A stretch of 63,731 nt of DNA, filler included, from Octopus bimaculoides (Eukaryota): NCBI RefSeq assembly GCF_001194135.2. It is 4 parts of 3 records of this genome, joined end to end, with 100 filler letters (N's around TTAATTAATTAA, not from the genome) between each part and the next. Parts side by side here need not be neighbours in the genome. Positions count along the whole stretch, not along the records: positions 1 to 13,670 come from NC_068992.1; positions 13,771 to 42,381 come from NC_068986.1; 2 more parts are not named here. One strand, 5' to 3'. Below the pieces are notes generated by a model. The model was given only the letters and a program-made list of their open reading frames with translations. It made no database searches and was not told the origin of the DNA. Shown here piece after piece: positions 12,215 to 25,060 of this stretch. A program made the translations under genes and the position numbers. How positions within the stretch are numbered: position 1 is the stretch's first letter; every line of letters begins with the position of its first letter.

Positions 12215-13006
12215 GGTAGTCAAAAGGAGGAGGGGGTTGTATTTAGTCCGAAGGGGTTAGTAGTTCGTAGATTAAAGATATACCGCTGTTCCAGGCGGAG
12301 TCGTAAGTGTGTGGTGTAGAGCGAGGCCAACGACGGAGATGTTAGAGGGGAAGTGGTTGGCCAAGCGGAAGTGATGGGCAACAGGGGTGTTCGATCGTAG
12401 CCGAACATCCCTTAGATGTTTGACCTACATATAGTTTATCACAGAGGTTGCATCTAATGCAGTATATGAGCTTAGAAGAGGTGCAAGAGAAGGAATTTCT
12501 TATATGAAGTGTTTGCTGGTTGGGACCACTGAGAGAAGTAATGTTGGTGACGAAGGGGCAGGTGTTGCAGCGGAATCTGGAGCACAGAAAGGATCCGGGT
12601 GGGGCTGGAGAGGGAAGAGGAGAAAGTGCTACAGACCAGAAGATCGCGTAGGTTCCGGGCGCGTTTAAAGGAGGACAAGCGTCAGAGGCGGAGGAATTGA
12701 GAGTAGGGGATGGCCCGTTTGGTGTGGAAGGGATGGGAGGAGGAGAAGTTGAGGTAGAGGTGGGAATCTCTGGGTTTGATGAAGGCGGAGGTGTTGAGAG
12801 AATGGGAGGGGTGGTCAATGGTAAGAGAGATATCCAGGAAGTTAACAGAGGTGTTAAAGATAGTAGAAGTGAATTGGAGAGAAGGGTGGAAGTTCGAGAG
12901 GAAAGAGATGAAGTGGTAGAGTTGTTCGCGGGAGAGGGAGGTGGCTCCTATACAGTCGTCTATGTAGCGACCGTATAGCTCTGGGGTCGGCTCGGAGAAT
13001 TGGGAG
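12215..13006 (-). mobile_element. 5'-truncated Penelope-like element fragment (RT C-terminal half + GIY-YIG)
   Basis: Fragments read YGRYIDDCIG, FHPSLQFT, VNFLDISL, DSHLYLNFSSSHP..KRAIPYSQFLRL, CSRFRCNTCP, LIYCIRCNLCDKLYVGQT and LEQRYIFNLRTTNPFGLN. Confidence 0.92.
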
Positions 13007-13016
13007 AATATATATA

Positions 13017-13034
<18 letters not shown>

Positions 13035-13058
<24 letters not shown>

Positions 13059-13270
13059 GTTTGTGTGTCTGTGTTGGTCCGCTCACCCACCATCACTTGA
13101 CAACCGATGCTGGTGTGTTTATGTCCCCGTAACTTTGTAGTTCGGGTAAAGCGACCGATAGAATAAGTACTAGGCTTACAAAGAATAAGTCCTGAGGTCG
13201 ATTTGTTCAACTAAAGGCGGTACACCAGCATGGCCGCAGTCAAATGATTGAAACAAATAAAAGAATAAAA
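13035..13270 (+). mobile_element. SINE family B, 3' half
   Basis: cttgacaaccgatgctggtgtgttt...aaggcggt...cagcatggccgcagtcaaatga. Confidence 0.8.
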
Positions 13271-13777
13271 GAATGTATATATATATATATATATATGTGT
13301 GTGTATATACATATGTTATATATGTATATATATATATATATAGACGGTTTAGATATAGATTCAAGGCTTGAATATGGTACTTATGCGAAGGCACCCGAAT
13401 ATCACATCCCAAAAGGATGGGTGATTAAAATCAAATAATAAGCAACACGGATTTCAAAAGTGATTGCATTACGCACGTTTCATGCTACTTCAATTTATTT
13501 AAGTAATGTGAGCATTACCTTAAATGCAATATGAAGAGCAATCTTCAGCTGCACAGACCCTGCTATGTCAAGATGGACTTATATATTCTTCCTCTGCTCT
13601 CTCCCACTTGGTTTTAATATGTTGCCACATTTGTAATATGTCTTTTTTTCTACATTTTTTCGTGCAGCTGNNNNNNNNNNNNNNNNNNNNNNNNNNNNNN
13701 NNNNNNNNNNNNNNTTAATTAATTAANNNNNNNNNNNNNNNNNNNNNNNNNNNNNNNNNNNNNNNNNNNNTATATAT

Positions 13778-13820
<43 letters not shown>

Positions 13821-13822
<2 letters not shown>

Positions 13823-14005
13823 AGGAGCTATGTGGCAAGAAGCTTGCTTTTCAACCATATGCTACCGGGTTCGGTCCCACTTCGTGGTATTTTGGGCAAG
13901 TGAGTTCTACTATAGTGGTGGTCGATGAAAGCCTTGTGATTGGATTTGGTAGACGGAATTGGAAAGAAGACTGTTATTGATATATGTGTGTGTTTATATG
14001 TGAGC

Positions 14006-14036
<31 letters not shown>

Positions 14037-14620
14037 TGCGTGCGCGTTTGTGCATAAGTGTGTGTGTGTGTGTGTGTTTGTAATTGTGAGTCTGTGCTCG
14101 ACGTCACCATCACTTGACAACAGATGCTGGTGTGTTTACGCCCCAATAACAGCGATTCGGCAATAGAGTCGATAGATAAAGTACTGTGCTAATAAAGAAT
14201 AAATCTTGAGCTCGATTTGTTCGACGAAAGGCAGTGCTCCAGTGTGGCCGCAGTGAGGTGACTGAAACAGGTAAAACGAAGAAAAAATAATATATAGGCG
14301 CAATAGTCGCTGTGCGATAAATAACTTGCTTACCAACCACATGATTCTGGGTTCAGTCCCATATATATATATATGCGTGTGTGTGTGTGTGAGTGTGTGT
14401 GTGTATGTGAGTGTGTATGTTTGTGTGTCTGTATTTGTTCCACAAACATCGTTTGACAACCGATGCTGGTGTGTTTACGTCCCCGTAGTTTAGCGGTTCG
14501 GCAAAAAAAGACCGATAGAATAAGTACTAGGCTTACAAAGTATATGCCCTAGGGTCGATTTTCTCGACTAAAGGCGGTGCTCCAGCATGGCTGCAGTCAA
14601 ATGATTGAAACTAGTAAAAG
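13821..14620 (+). mobile_element. Two tandem SINE family B copies (13821-14285, 14297-14620)
   Basis: Two tRNA-like heads (gcttgctt.ccaaccacatg..ccgggttcagtccc) and two 3' ends. Confidence 0.8.
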
Positions 14621-14662
14621 TGTAGATCATTATATGCACGTATGTATATATATGTACGCATG

Positions 14663-14693
<31 letters not shown>

Positions 14694-14739
14694 CGCACGC
14701 ATATACGTACATATGCATACACATACCTATAAGGCATAA

Positions 14740-14799
<60 letters not shown>

Positions 14800-17700
14800 T
14801 TATGTATCTATATATATATATGTATGCACGAGCCTTTCTGTTTTTATCATGATTACACAGCCTTTAGCAGTATTATCTAAGATGGTATTACCAACAACAC
14901 ATTTATAAAGATTTAAGTGTAAAATTTACGCGTGAATTGAAGATGATTATTAAATAATCACTTTATTCTAACATCCTTAATAGATTGTTTTCCTCTGGAC
15001 AACTTTCAATAAATTGAAGTATTCATTAAATGCAATAGTTGAAAATACAATAAGTGAAATATATTTTAAAACATTTCAATCGGAATTGCAATTGTTTGAC
15101 TGCCTAAAGTTCACGATTAATTGATTCGAGACACCATTATCTTTCATTTCTATTCTGGTCCCAGACTGTTATTTTTGTTTTCGTTCGTGTAACTTTGTGA
15201 CTAAAGTGCATGTGGCTTAACACGAGTAAAATGGCAGTGAAAAGAAGTAAGAAAATTTTATACACACAAATTGACATAGTACAAATTGATAATTGAATCT
15301 TACTTAAAATGTTATGTAATGTCAGAAAGATTCAATTGTAGATTGCAGAGAAATTCAAAGTAAATTGCATGGAATTGTTACATGTACGGATTAGTAACAC
15401 AGTGATATATTTTCAGGTTTGCTATAAGTTTTGTAAAAGCAGCATACACAAATATTACCACACGCAAAAATGAAACACAATGGAATATAGATACACACCT
15501 GCAGATACGAATGACTACATAATTTTATGTTCTATAAAAACGTTATCTGATGGCGTTGATTTGGTAGAATTGTTAGAAGAGGGCGAAAATCATTAGCGGC
15601 ATTTCGTCCGTTTAAAAAATAACGAAATAAAATGCCCTTCATCCTACAGAAGTTGATAAATTAAGCACCAAATCAATACAAGGGTCAATGTAATTCACCA
15701 GCCTCTCCCCCGAAAATGCTAATCTTACTTTTAATGTCTGGCACTTATTTCATCGGCCTCTTTTACGGAACCACTAGGTTAGAGGGATAGAAACACACCA
15801 ACGACAGTTGTCATGTGGTGGGGTGGACAAACACAGACACGAACATACACATATTTTTATGTATATATGCAAAGAACTACTTTTAGTTTCCGTCTAGCAG
15901 ATACGCTCACAGGATTTGTACTGAAATTGCAGAGGTAAAAGATAGCAGACCGCCACCAGAAATCCGACATGCTAGAAACAATAGGGAAACGACATTGTTT
16001 TCTAAGAAACGTGCTCACTTTCCAAAAGGCTAAATGAGAAACATTGGGAGTGTGTTGCTTTTTAGAAATAGTGATGGGATGAGTGGATTTTTGGAAAGAG
16101 AATTTAGCGTTCGTTTCTTTAAGAAAATAAAGAAGAAAATTCTTAAAGATTTGTACAAATTTTACTTCCGTGGGTTACCAAAAAAAAAATTTGAAGAAAG
16201 TAAATAATGAAGAAATGGTGGTGAGGAGGGAGGAAATTAAGATATTGGGAACATGTTTATTTCGGCGAATTCATAATCGCCTGTATTGGGAAATCCTAAT
16301 CGCCTAATCGGGAGAAATTTAGGAAAAAAATTAGGTGGCGGGGAACAAAAGTCACCTAGGACATGGTAGAAAGAAGAGGTAAACGACATGATTTTGGCGA
16401 GACTTCCTTTTCATTTTATATCAAAGATCAGGATTATGAATAGTCATCACAAACACGGATTACAGAATAGAAAATGTGATTTCAATTCGATTTGCACGTG
16501 TACACAGCAAGAAATTACAGAATTCATGCAGAAGTCTTACCTAGAATGTATATGTGTGTTTGTGTGGGGGGTATAGGGTAGGGGCGTGTATGTGTATGGG
16601 TGTGCCAAAGTAAGTTACTTTATTGCATTATTTCGTTTGAAGCAGGAAAGATGTTAACTGTTTTATATGGTCGATCATATGGGATCATATGATTGTTCGT
16701 TAATTTCCATTCTTTTTTATTTCTTTATGCTTTGCCGAGAACAGGAATTGAAAGAGAAGAGAAAGTGTAAGATGCATGTACGTGTTTATGAAATCGACAT
16801 GTGTGTGTGTTTGTGTGCATGTNNNNNNNNNNNNNNNNNNNNNNNNNNNNNNNNNNNNNNNNNNNNNNNNNNNNNNNNNNNNNNNNNNNNNNNNNNNNNN
16901 NNNNNNNNNNNNNNNNNNNNNNNNNNNNNNNNNNNNNNNNNNNNNNNNNNNNNNNNNNNNNNNNNNNNNNNNNNNNNNNNNNNNNNNNNNNNNNNNNNNN
17001 NNNNNNNNNNNNNNNNNNNNNNNNNNNNNNNNNNNNNNNNNNNNNNNNNNNNNNNNNNNNNNNNNNNNNNNNNNNNNNNNNNNNNNNNNNNNNNNNNNNN
17101 NNNNNNNNNNNNNNNNNNNNNNNNNNNNNNNNNNNNNNNNNNNNNNNNNNNNNNNNNNNNNNNNNNNNNNNNNNNNNNNNNNNNNNNNNNNNNNNNNNNN
17201 NNNNNNNNNNNNNNNNNNNNNNNNNNNNNNNNNNNNNNNNNNNNNNNNNNNNNNNNNNNNNNNNNNNNNNNNNNNNNNNNNNNNNNNNNNNNNNNNNNNN
17301 NNNATATATATATATATATATATACTTCAGCTTTCTCAGCTAGTTGCGCTCTAAAGCCTGGATTCTTCACTCTACACTCATGCAGAAAAAATATATAGGC
17401 TTAAAGAATGCAATCTACTCCAACGGTACGGGAAAGAAATAAAGGCAGAAGGGAGCATTAGCGAGAATGATACATTATTTCACTGCAGTTGCCACTTTTC
17501 AGTACCACACAATTATAAATGGAAGTCTAATGTCACAAGTATATCCAAACAATATATATAATAGTTATGAATTTACAAACGCGTTGCATATGTAGAATAA
17601 ATGGTGATTATGAAATAGAAGTTGCAATCCAATGTAAGTATCAACGCAAGAACATATTTAAAATTCGTTATGCAAACAAATATTTGTACCGTTTTTATAC

Positions 17701-19150
17701 GAGAATAACCCTGTACAGTAAACCATAACAACGGCGAAATACGGTCTCTGAGGTGATTTCGATTTGCTTAGCTCTGAAGTAGGTTGTGAGATTTATTTTA
17801 AAAGTAGACATCTTAAAAGCGATACTATCGAAAGGAAAACCGGAGATACATTTAAACAAAACACGTACGTTATGCATATTGCGATGTCACTCTTTATATT
17901 ACAGATATCTTCGATCTAGTTTGGATTCTTTGCCATCAAATTTGAATTCTTTACAATCCAATTTGATAGCAAAGAATTGAAACTAGATCGAAAACATCTA
18001 TATACAGCTTCTTCTATGCATGTGTTTGTGTGCGTGCTACTCACTGTTTATATATAACAAAAATGTTTGACTGAGGAGAGTTGTCGCCGCCTTGAGGTTG
18101 GGTCACAAACGTTTTTTATGTATTTATGAATGAGGGGGAAGCTGATGGGTGTACGTGTGTGTGTGTGTGTGTGCGAGTGGGTTCTGTTTTATGTATTTAT
18201 GTGCGTGGATGTAGATATCAAAAAAGCAGTGTCGCATTTTAAGGTTGAAAAAATCTGCTTCATTTATGTATATAAAATCCGTAAGTTTTCAAGAAGAAAA
18301 CGAGATCAACGTTGAAAATGCCGAATTAGTTATAATAGTCCATGTGTATTTCTTTTTAAACACCAAACGGCCGGAATGTTGCAGCCTACATCAAAAAGCC
18401 GAAACATTGCAATATTGCAAGATGCATGGAGAAAAGGAGGAAATGTAAATCAACACTTACTATTGATTAAAGCTAAATTAAACAAGATCTGTGGGACTGT
18501 AAACGAACACGCACGCTCACACACACACACACTCACACACTCACACACTCAACAACAACTACGCACATACACATACTCACACACTCACACGCACACAAGA
18601 ACAAGCACGCACACAAATTTACACACATTCACACACACAAGAACAAGCTCGCACTCACAGACATACACCCGTTAGCTGACACACCATTATGAGAAATACT
18701 CTAGGTATATAAAATGATACAACGTTGCCTTAAAAAGTACGAAACTAGAATTGAAAAAATGCACGCGCTCAAAAGGGTAACAAATCTTATTATATGTGAA
18801 CTATATGTGTACATTCTGTGGAATCATTTTATCACAAGAAATCTGTTTAATTCATCGAAATTAAGGAATATTTTAGATTATATTATCGTATACTGAATAT
18901 TAACAAAACAATTGTGTACAAATATTAATGTCATATTTACGCAATAATTCAATTTATGAATGATAATTTTTATAAATTTACAAGTAATTAATCAAAAATA
19001 ATTTAGTAATAATTTGTTTAATGCGCATAACTATTCCATTGATATGTTCACCATAATGCGAATTATCTTTGCTTGTAATTATTTCGGTTTCGTACTTCAT
19101 TATCAATACAGTTTTTTTTAATAACATGGTAATTTGCATCTAGTGTGAAG

Positions 19151-19220
19151 AGTATTATAATGAATTTATATGAAGCGTATTATAATGAATTTATATGAAA
19201 CGTATCATAATGAATTTACT
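19151..19220. repeat. 25-bp tandem repeat, about 2.7 copies
   Basis: gtattataatgaatttatatgaa(g/a)c. Confidence 0.85.
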
Positions 19221-19865
19221 TTAATGATCATGTTTTGTACATTTTCAAATTTTTATATTAAAAACATGGTTTAAAAATTATCGTGACATCGTAATTCACA
19301 AATGAGACTCTTTTCATTTTAAGTTGCCACACAATGTACAACATATAACTTTTCAAATATTTTTGAACGACAATGCTAGTCTCATACTTTCTAAGGTTTA
19401 TTATAATATTCTGTAGCCCTTTTGAGCGTGCGAAATTTTCAATTCTAGCACATTGATCTGTCTGACATGTTTATCCCCACATTTGATTCTATATCCGCCC
19501 ACGTTTGAATATCTTGAGCACAAGAAAGTATACATATAAGCACACTCACACATATATATTTATATATGCATATATATATATATATATATANNNNNNNNNN
19601 NNNNNNNNNNNNNNNNNNNNNNNNNNNNNNNNNNNNNNNNNNNNNNNNNNNNNNNNNNNNNNNNNNNNNNNNNNNNNNNNNNNNNNNNNNNNNNNNNNNN
19701 NNNNNNNNNNNNNNNNNNNNNNNNNNNNNNNNNNNNNNNNNNNNNNNNNNNNNNNNNNNNNNNNNNNNNNNNNNNNNNNNNNNNNNNNNTATATATAACA
19801 TTTGTTTTCACAATGAGAGAAAAAAGCGAGGCTGCGAAAATTTTAGAACATTTATAAATAGAATG

Positions 19866-19911
19866 TCTTACAGCTGTTTCCAGGAAATTTATTATATCCT
19901 TTCATCGGAGA
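19866..19911 (-). ncRNA. Minimal type I hammerhead, CCGAUGA core, palindromic stem III
   Basis: UCU-CCGAUGA-A-AGGAUAU...AUUUCCU-G-GAAAC-AGCU-GUA-AGA. Confidence 0.6.
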
Positions 19912-20780
19912 CGGTGTGAGAAAATAGTTAAGCAATAGTTAAATTAGATAAGATACGAAATAGAGAGTGAAGTGGGGGAATGAAAACAGATGTGAGATAT
20001 GCAAGAATATTGCATTTGTAGATCCATTATTTAGGCAGAATGGTATACATATAAGATTCCAATACCTTGAGAGTAAAATCCAGTAGTATATAAATCGGTC
20101 ATTCCAAGTATAGATTTTGTGCACAGTGGTATTGAATCAAGGGTTTTATTTAAAACGACATAAGGTGGAGAATGTATTTGTAAGGTCAAATCGAAAACAG
20201 GAAGGGAGAAATAGAGAAAAGAGAAAAGAAAAGAGAGGAAAAAGAGAAGAAAAAAATTTAAAACAGAAAGAAAGGAATAAAGAAAAGAAACTATAATAAA
20301 GAAAACAAGGAGAGAGATAATAAGGAAAAGTGTACCAGTTAGTGGTCAGTCAAGACAATTTGATAGTAGGAATGGGGAGATGAGGGTGATACAGAGAGAA
20401 AGTTATTAGAGTGTAAACAGAAGGAAGACATGGGGGTGATAGAGAAGGAGGGGTATAAAAAGTAAAGGAGTGTCAGTTATGTATTGATAGAGTCTAAGTG
20501 ATAGGGCAGAGAAAGGGGTAGTAGTATGGAATGAAGAATTTAGGAATGTAGATTCGGTGGTTGGACAGATCAGGGCTTAGTAGTAGAAGAACATATATAT
20601 GTGAAGATGTATACATATGTATATATTAGACATGTGTATATATATTGATACAGATGTTCTACATATTAATATCTACATGAACAATGTGTACTCATGTGTA
20701 TATGTACACATGCACACACATATAGAATGAGATAAAAATCCAAGTCTGTGAAAGATTTCAGAACATTTATATATAGAATG

Positions 20781-20826
20781 TCTTACAGCTGTTTCCGGGA
20801 TATTTAATATATCCCTTCATCGGAGA
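20781..20826 (-). ncRNA. Minimal type I hammerhead, CCGAUGA core, palindromic stem III
   Basis: UCU-CCGAUGA-A-GGGAUAU-AUUAA-AUAUCCC-G-GAAAC-AGCU-GUA-AGA. Stem II is 7 bp and stem III is the palindrome ACAGCUGU. Confidence 0.65.
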
Positions 20827-23519
20827 AGGTGTTTGTGTGTCTGTGTGTGCGTGTGTGTGCATGCGGGTGTATATGTGTGAGTGTGTGTGTGTATTTATTT
20901 GTATGAAAGTATGCGTAAATATATTTAAACAAATGTAGACAAACTGATATGAGTTTCATATGTGAGGATTTGCAAACATGAATGTGTGTGAGTGTATGTG
21001 CGAGATTGTATGGTTATTAGGTTGCAGTTTATACTACATTAGTTTTATCAGAGTATACTAATATTTAATACATCATATTGCTTTTCCATAATAAACGCAA
21101 CTATGAAACAGAAATATAGTTATAATATTCTATTTAATGTTTGCCTTAGTAAGATACGTCATCACGTGTATATGCAATATCTCTTATCTTTCTGTGAAGT
21201 ATCAAACCTGATAAATTGTATAAAAACTATATAGCCATAAACCCGAACTTAGTAATTACGTACGAATCCATCTATCCGTTTATACTTATATACATATCTT
21301 TTTTGTTTATACATATATATATGGGTGTGTGTGCGTGTGTGCATATATATATATTTATCTATCGTATGTACACGCCTGTTTGCACATATGTGAGTATACC
21401 CCCATATACATGCACACACATAGATACACACACACATATGCAATTAATATGATTGCATTATATTTATAATTATATTTGACTTCTTTATTTGCTATTTGCT
21501 TCCGTTGTAATATTATGTCTACCATTTATCGATATCTAATGAAATCTATATGTTGCTATACATGGTCTAATTTGTAAATATAACGTCCATCCTCTGTATT
21601 GGCGGAAGTGAATATACTGGTATCGATTTGACATGAATCACTTTGAAACTTTTGCTAATTGCAATATTATTACGTCTAACCTGAGAGATAAAATATAGCA
21701 AAAATATTCCTCGATTCATAATCCCTGAATGTGTGTAAGAAACATATACCTTTGTGATACACATACCATGCAATTACGTAAACAAGGTAGAGTCAGTTAT
21801 GTGGTATGCGTACATCTATATACGTTACGCAAATTTCAACTCATGAGACTACCAAATCAACAAACGAAGAGTGACATGCTGATTGCTCAAAAAGATCATT
21901 AATAACTGGATTTTTTATTAGGTTTACTGACATTGAAGCAATGTGAAATTGTTGGGACATCAAGCACGAGGATGAGTAGTGGAAAGATATTGTAAATTAT
22001 AGAATAGCTAAAAAGCAAATCGGCATTTTCGGATGATTATGGTCCCTATTAGTGCACATGTTTATATTTATGTGCGTTAACTAAAACATTAGAGCGACTT
22101 AGCTCTTATTTCTAGTAATTCAGGTGTTTCCTAAAACCGTAGTCACATTTAGTGACACTTGTAATTCTTATTTTTGGTGAAACATTGCAAACTGCTGTTT
22201 ATAAATAGATGTGTAAGTATGAACGTGTATTTTTCATGCATCCGATGACGCAACCCATTTATGGCTCCGATCCAAGTTTAGATTTATTAATTAAAATTGT
22301 TTACACATACCACCGTAATATAAGTGAGGAAGGACAGATATATTCCTCGACATGTATGATGGGTGGTGCATTTATGAGAAATACACAATTCTGCAAATAA
22401 CTTAGAAGTAAATGACTCTATATTCGGATGGATTGCAAATAATATTTTTCTCTGTGCTTAGATTTGTTCACCGTTACTTTAACTAATATTGTATAATGAT
22501 TATAAAACGAAAAGGTATAAAGTTGTTCTAGGATTGAATATAAGGTGAAAACATATACTTCGTAAATAAAATTGATGGTTTAAGAAGCAAATACCTTTCG
22601 TATTTGATTTTAATATTTCTCTATTTTATTATCCAAATTCAATCTTGTGCAAGAGATTGCAGAAAACCGTTTTCGATACGATGATGTGCATCTTAATTCC
22701 TCCATAATCATCGTTTTGCAGCAGAAATTTTCGAATTAATTTAACCACATGACATCGCCTAATGGAAAAATAAATGTAACATTTTTTTTTATATCATTAC
22801 TGTAAAAACCATCCATCATAACCGATATTTATCGACAATAATATATTATAACACACACAATTGTATCTTCTTTCTCTTCATGTCTTCATATGTGAATTAG
22901 TTTTCCAATACGTCACATTTATATGACACAACAAACAATTGACTTGTATTATAAAAAAACAAAGACACTGTTTTTGTTCCTTTGTATTTCATTTGTATCG
23001 TTTTTAGATTATGTATCACTTATGCAGAAGAAAAGAAAAAAACGAAATGTTAAATTTTTAATGTTTCTTATATCCGTAGAACACTTTTTATTCAAGCCAT
23101 GATCACTTCAAGTAAAATCTATTTTTGTTTTCTCTTCAGATAATAAACTCTGATCCACTGTCTGAAAACAATTGATGACAGTTTCACACTTATGTATCAA
23201 AAGATATTCAATCAATATTCCATCTCGCGCTTCAATTGATAACAAAACCTTATAGTAAACAATAGGAAAAGAGAAGCTGCAAGAAAATAAGCCAGCAACG
23301 TAAGAAATAATGCTTATCACTTGTGTCTTTCACGTCAAAAAGAATATTTTGTATAACTTTCTGAAGTTTTCCCTGATTTTCAATATCTTTTTTTCGATTA
23401 TGTTTCCGTCGAGATATTGAGGCCGCGAGAAAATCCTAAAACATCAATATTAGAGAAGAGATGACGTTGGTTTTCAAATACATACATATAAATACATGCA
23501 TGCATACATACATCCAAAT

Positions 23520-23553
<34 letters not shown>

Positions 23554-23734
23554 ACACATACAGACACACAGACACACACACGCACATATATANNNNNNNN
23601 NNNNNNNNNNNNNNNNNNNNNNNNNNNNNNNNNNNNNNNNNNNNNNNNNNNNNNNNNNNNNNNNNNNNNNNNNNNNNNTATGTATATATATATATATATA
23701 CATATAAATATCTATGAAAACACACACTAAAGGA

Positions 23735-24680
23735 TTAAGTTTGAGTACACAACTGGTAGTGGCTTGCTCAATCAACAGCGCATCAGATAAAAAAAATGAG
23801 ACTTTGGTGCAAATAATTCCAGATTTTCTACTCACAGACGATTGCATACTTGTAGCACACACTATTAAGGACATTAAATGAATATTAAACACATTTTCGC
23901 GTTCATCGAAGGTTTTCGGCCTGGCGATCATCATCAAGAAAACTGAGCTTGTTCATCACCAGATTCGAAACCATTTTCCGCTGTTGCCTCAACTGTATAT
24001 GTTGATAGGAAAGTATTAAAAACTGATTATTCCTTCACTTATCTTGGTTCCATTGTATCCAATGATGCTAAGATGGATAAAGAAATCCAGTCTAGAGACG
24101 AAGACTCTAGCTCTGCTTCCGATAGGCCTTATCACAGGTTTTGTAACAGGCACAACATATCGGTCATGGTGAACGGCTAAGCTTACAAGTCGGTGGTCTT
24201 GATAACACTGCTTTATAGTGCCGTATCTTGGACGACGTACTGAACACATCAATTAACTTCACGCTTTTCACATGCGATGATTGCGTACTATCTCCAGCAT
24301 AAAACCGATCTATCATATTCATAACAGAGAGAGCGCTAACGAAATGCAACGTATCAGGTATTAAAGCCATTCTTATCCAAATACAGCTTAGACGCTTAGG
24401 TCATCTCTCACGACCGACTAATATCCGAATACGAAAACAATTTCTGTTTAGCTGATTTCCAACAGGAAAATCAGTTTGTGGGTCAATCCTGTGTTTCAAA
24501 AATAAACAAAAAGTCAATTTGAAGTGATGCCACGTTCTCTCTTCTTCCTGGAAAAGCGAAGCATCAGAACGCAGCACCTGGTGACAGTCCTGTTTCTCTT
24601 CAGTTCGAATATTTGAACAAGATCGTCTCCAGCATTGAGACCATCTTCGCGCAAGCATGAATGTACGCTCGTAAATCGCT
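23735..24680 (+). mobile_element. Decayed RTE-clade (BovB-like) LINE RT and C-terminus
   Basis: Fragments read FLLTDDCILVAH, FGLAIIIKKTEL, FTYLGSIVSNDAKMDKEIQSR and AYKSVVLITLLY; many stops. Confidence 0.85.
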
Positions 24681-25021
24681 GCGCCTATGTATTGAAACCT
24701 TACCTGTCATTGTCGTTTTCTGGTACGAAGCAAAGCCATCTTTACTGTTCACTCCAGATAACCTATAGTAAACCATCTACATGTACTCGAGAAAACTGAG
24801 TCCTCAACTTGCTTCTTTTGCTAAAATGTTTAGAAAACACCATTAGGCCTCAAGAGACACATTCGTGTTCATAGAACATGATTAACGCTTTATTTTACTG
24901 AAACTTCATTTCACGTTCACGACAAAATAATCCATCATATGTATATCTAATGTAACTACAGACATGTAACTACACGTGGGTCGTTGGCGATATTTTGCTT
25001 TTCCTTTAGACGTTTCCCTTT

Positions 25022-25060
25022 CTTTTTACCGACGAAGAGCTATGCTCGAAATGTTAATCT
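25022..25060 (+). ncRNA. Decayed minimal hammerhead in a PLE terminal-repeat fragment (~24960-25240)
   Basis: CCGACGA-A-GAGC-UAU-GCUC-GAAAU-GUU. Stem I is poor. Downstream ccgagcgt resembles the 55.9-kb family. Confidence 0.45.

Larger units (their letters stand above)
19810..20832 (-). mobile_element. PLE-derived tandem unit: two ~110-bp direct repeats, each with a hammerhead, around ~800 bp of mostly non-coding sequence
   Basis: Repeats at 19810-19920 and 20722-20832 share agaacattt...agaatgtcttacagctgtttcc...ttcatcggaga.ggtgt. Confidence 0.7.

Noticed and set aside
13715-13726. TTAATTAATTAA island inside an N run (also 42426-42437 and 61738-61749)
   Set aside because: The identical 12-mer is centred in equal-sized N blocks three times; this is an assembly spacer, not biology.
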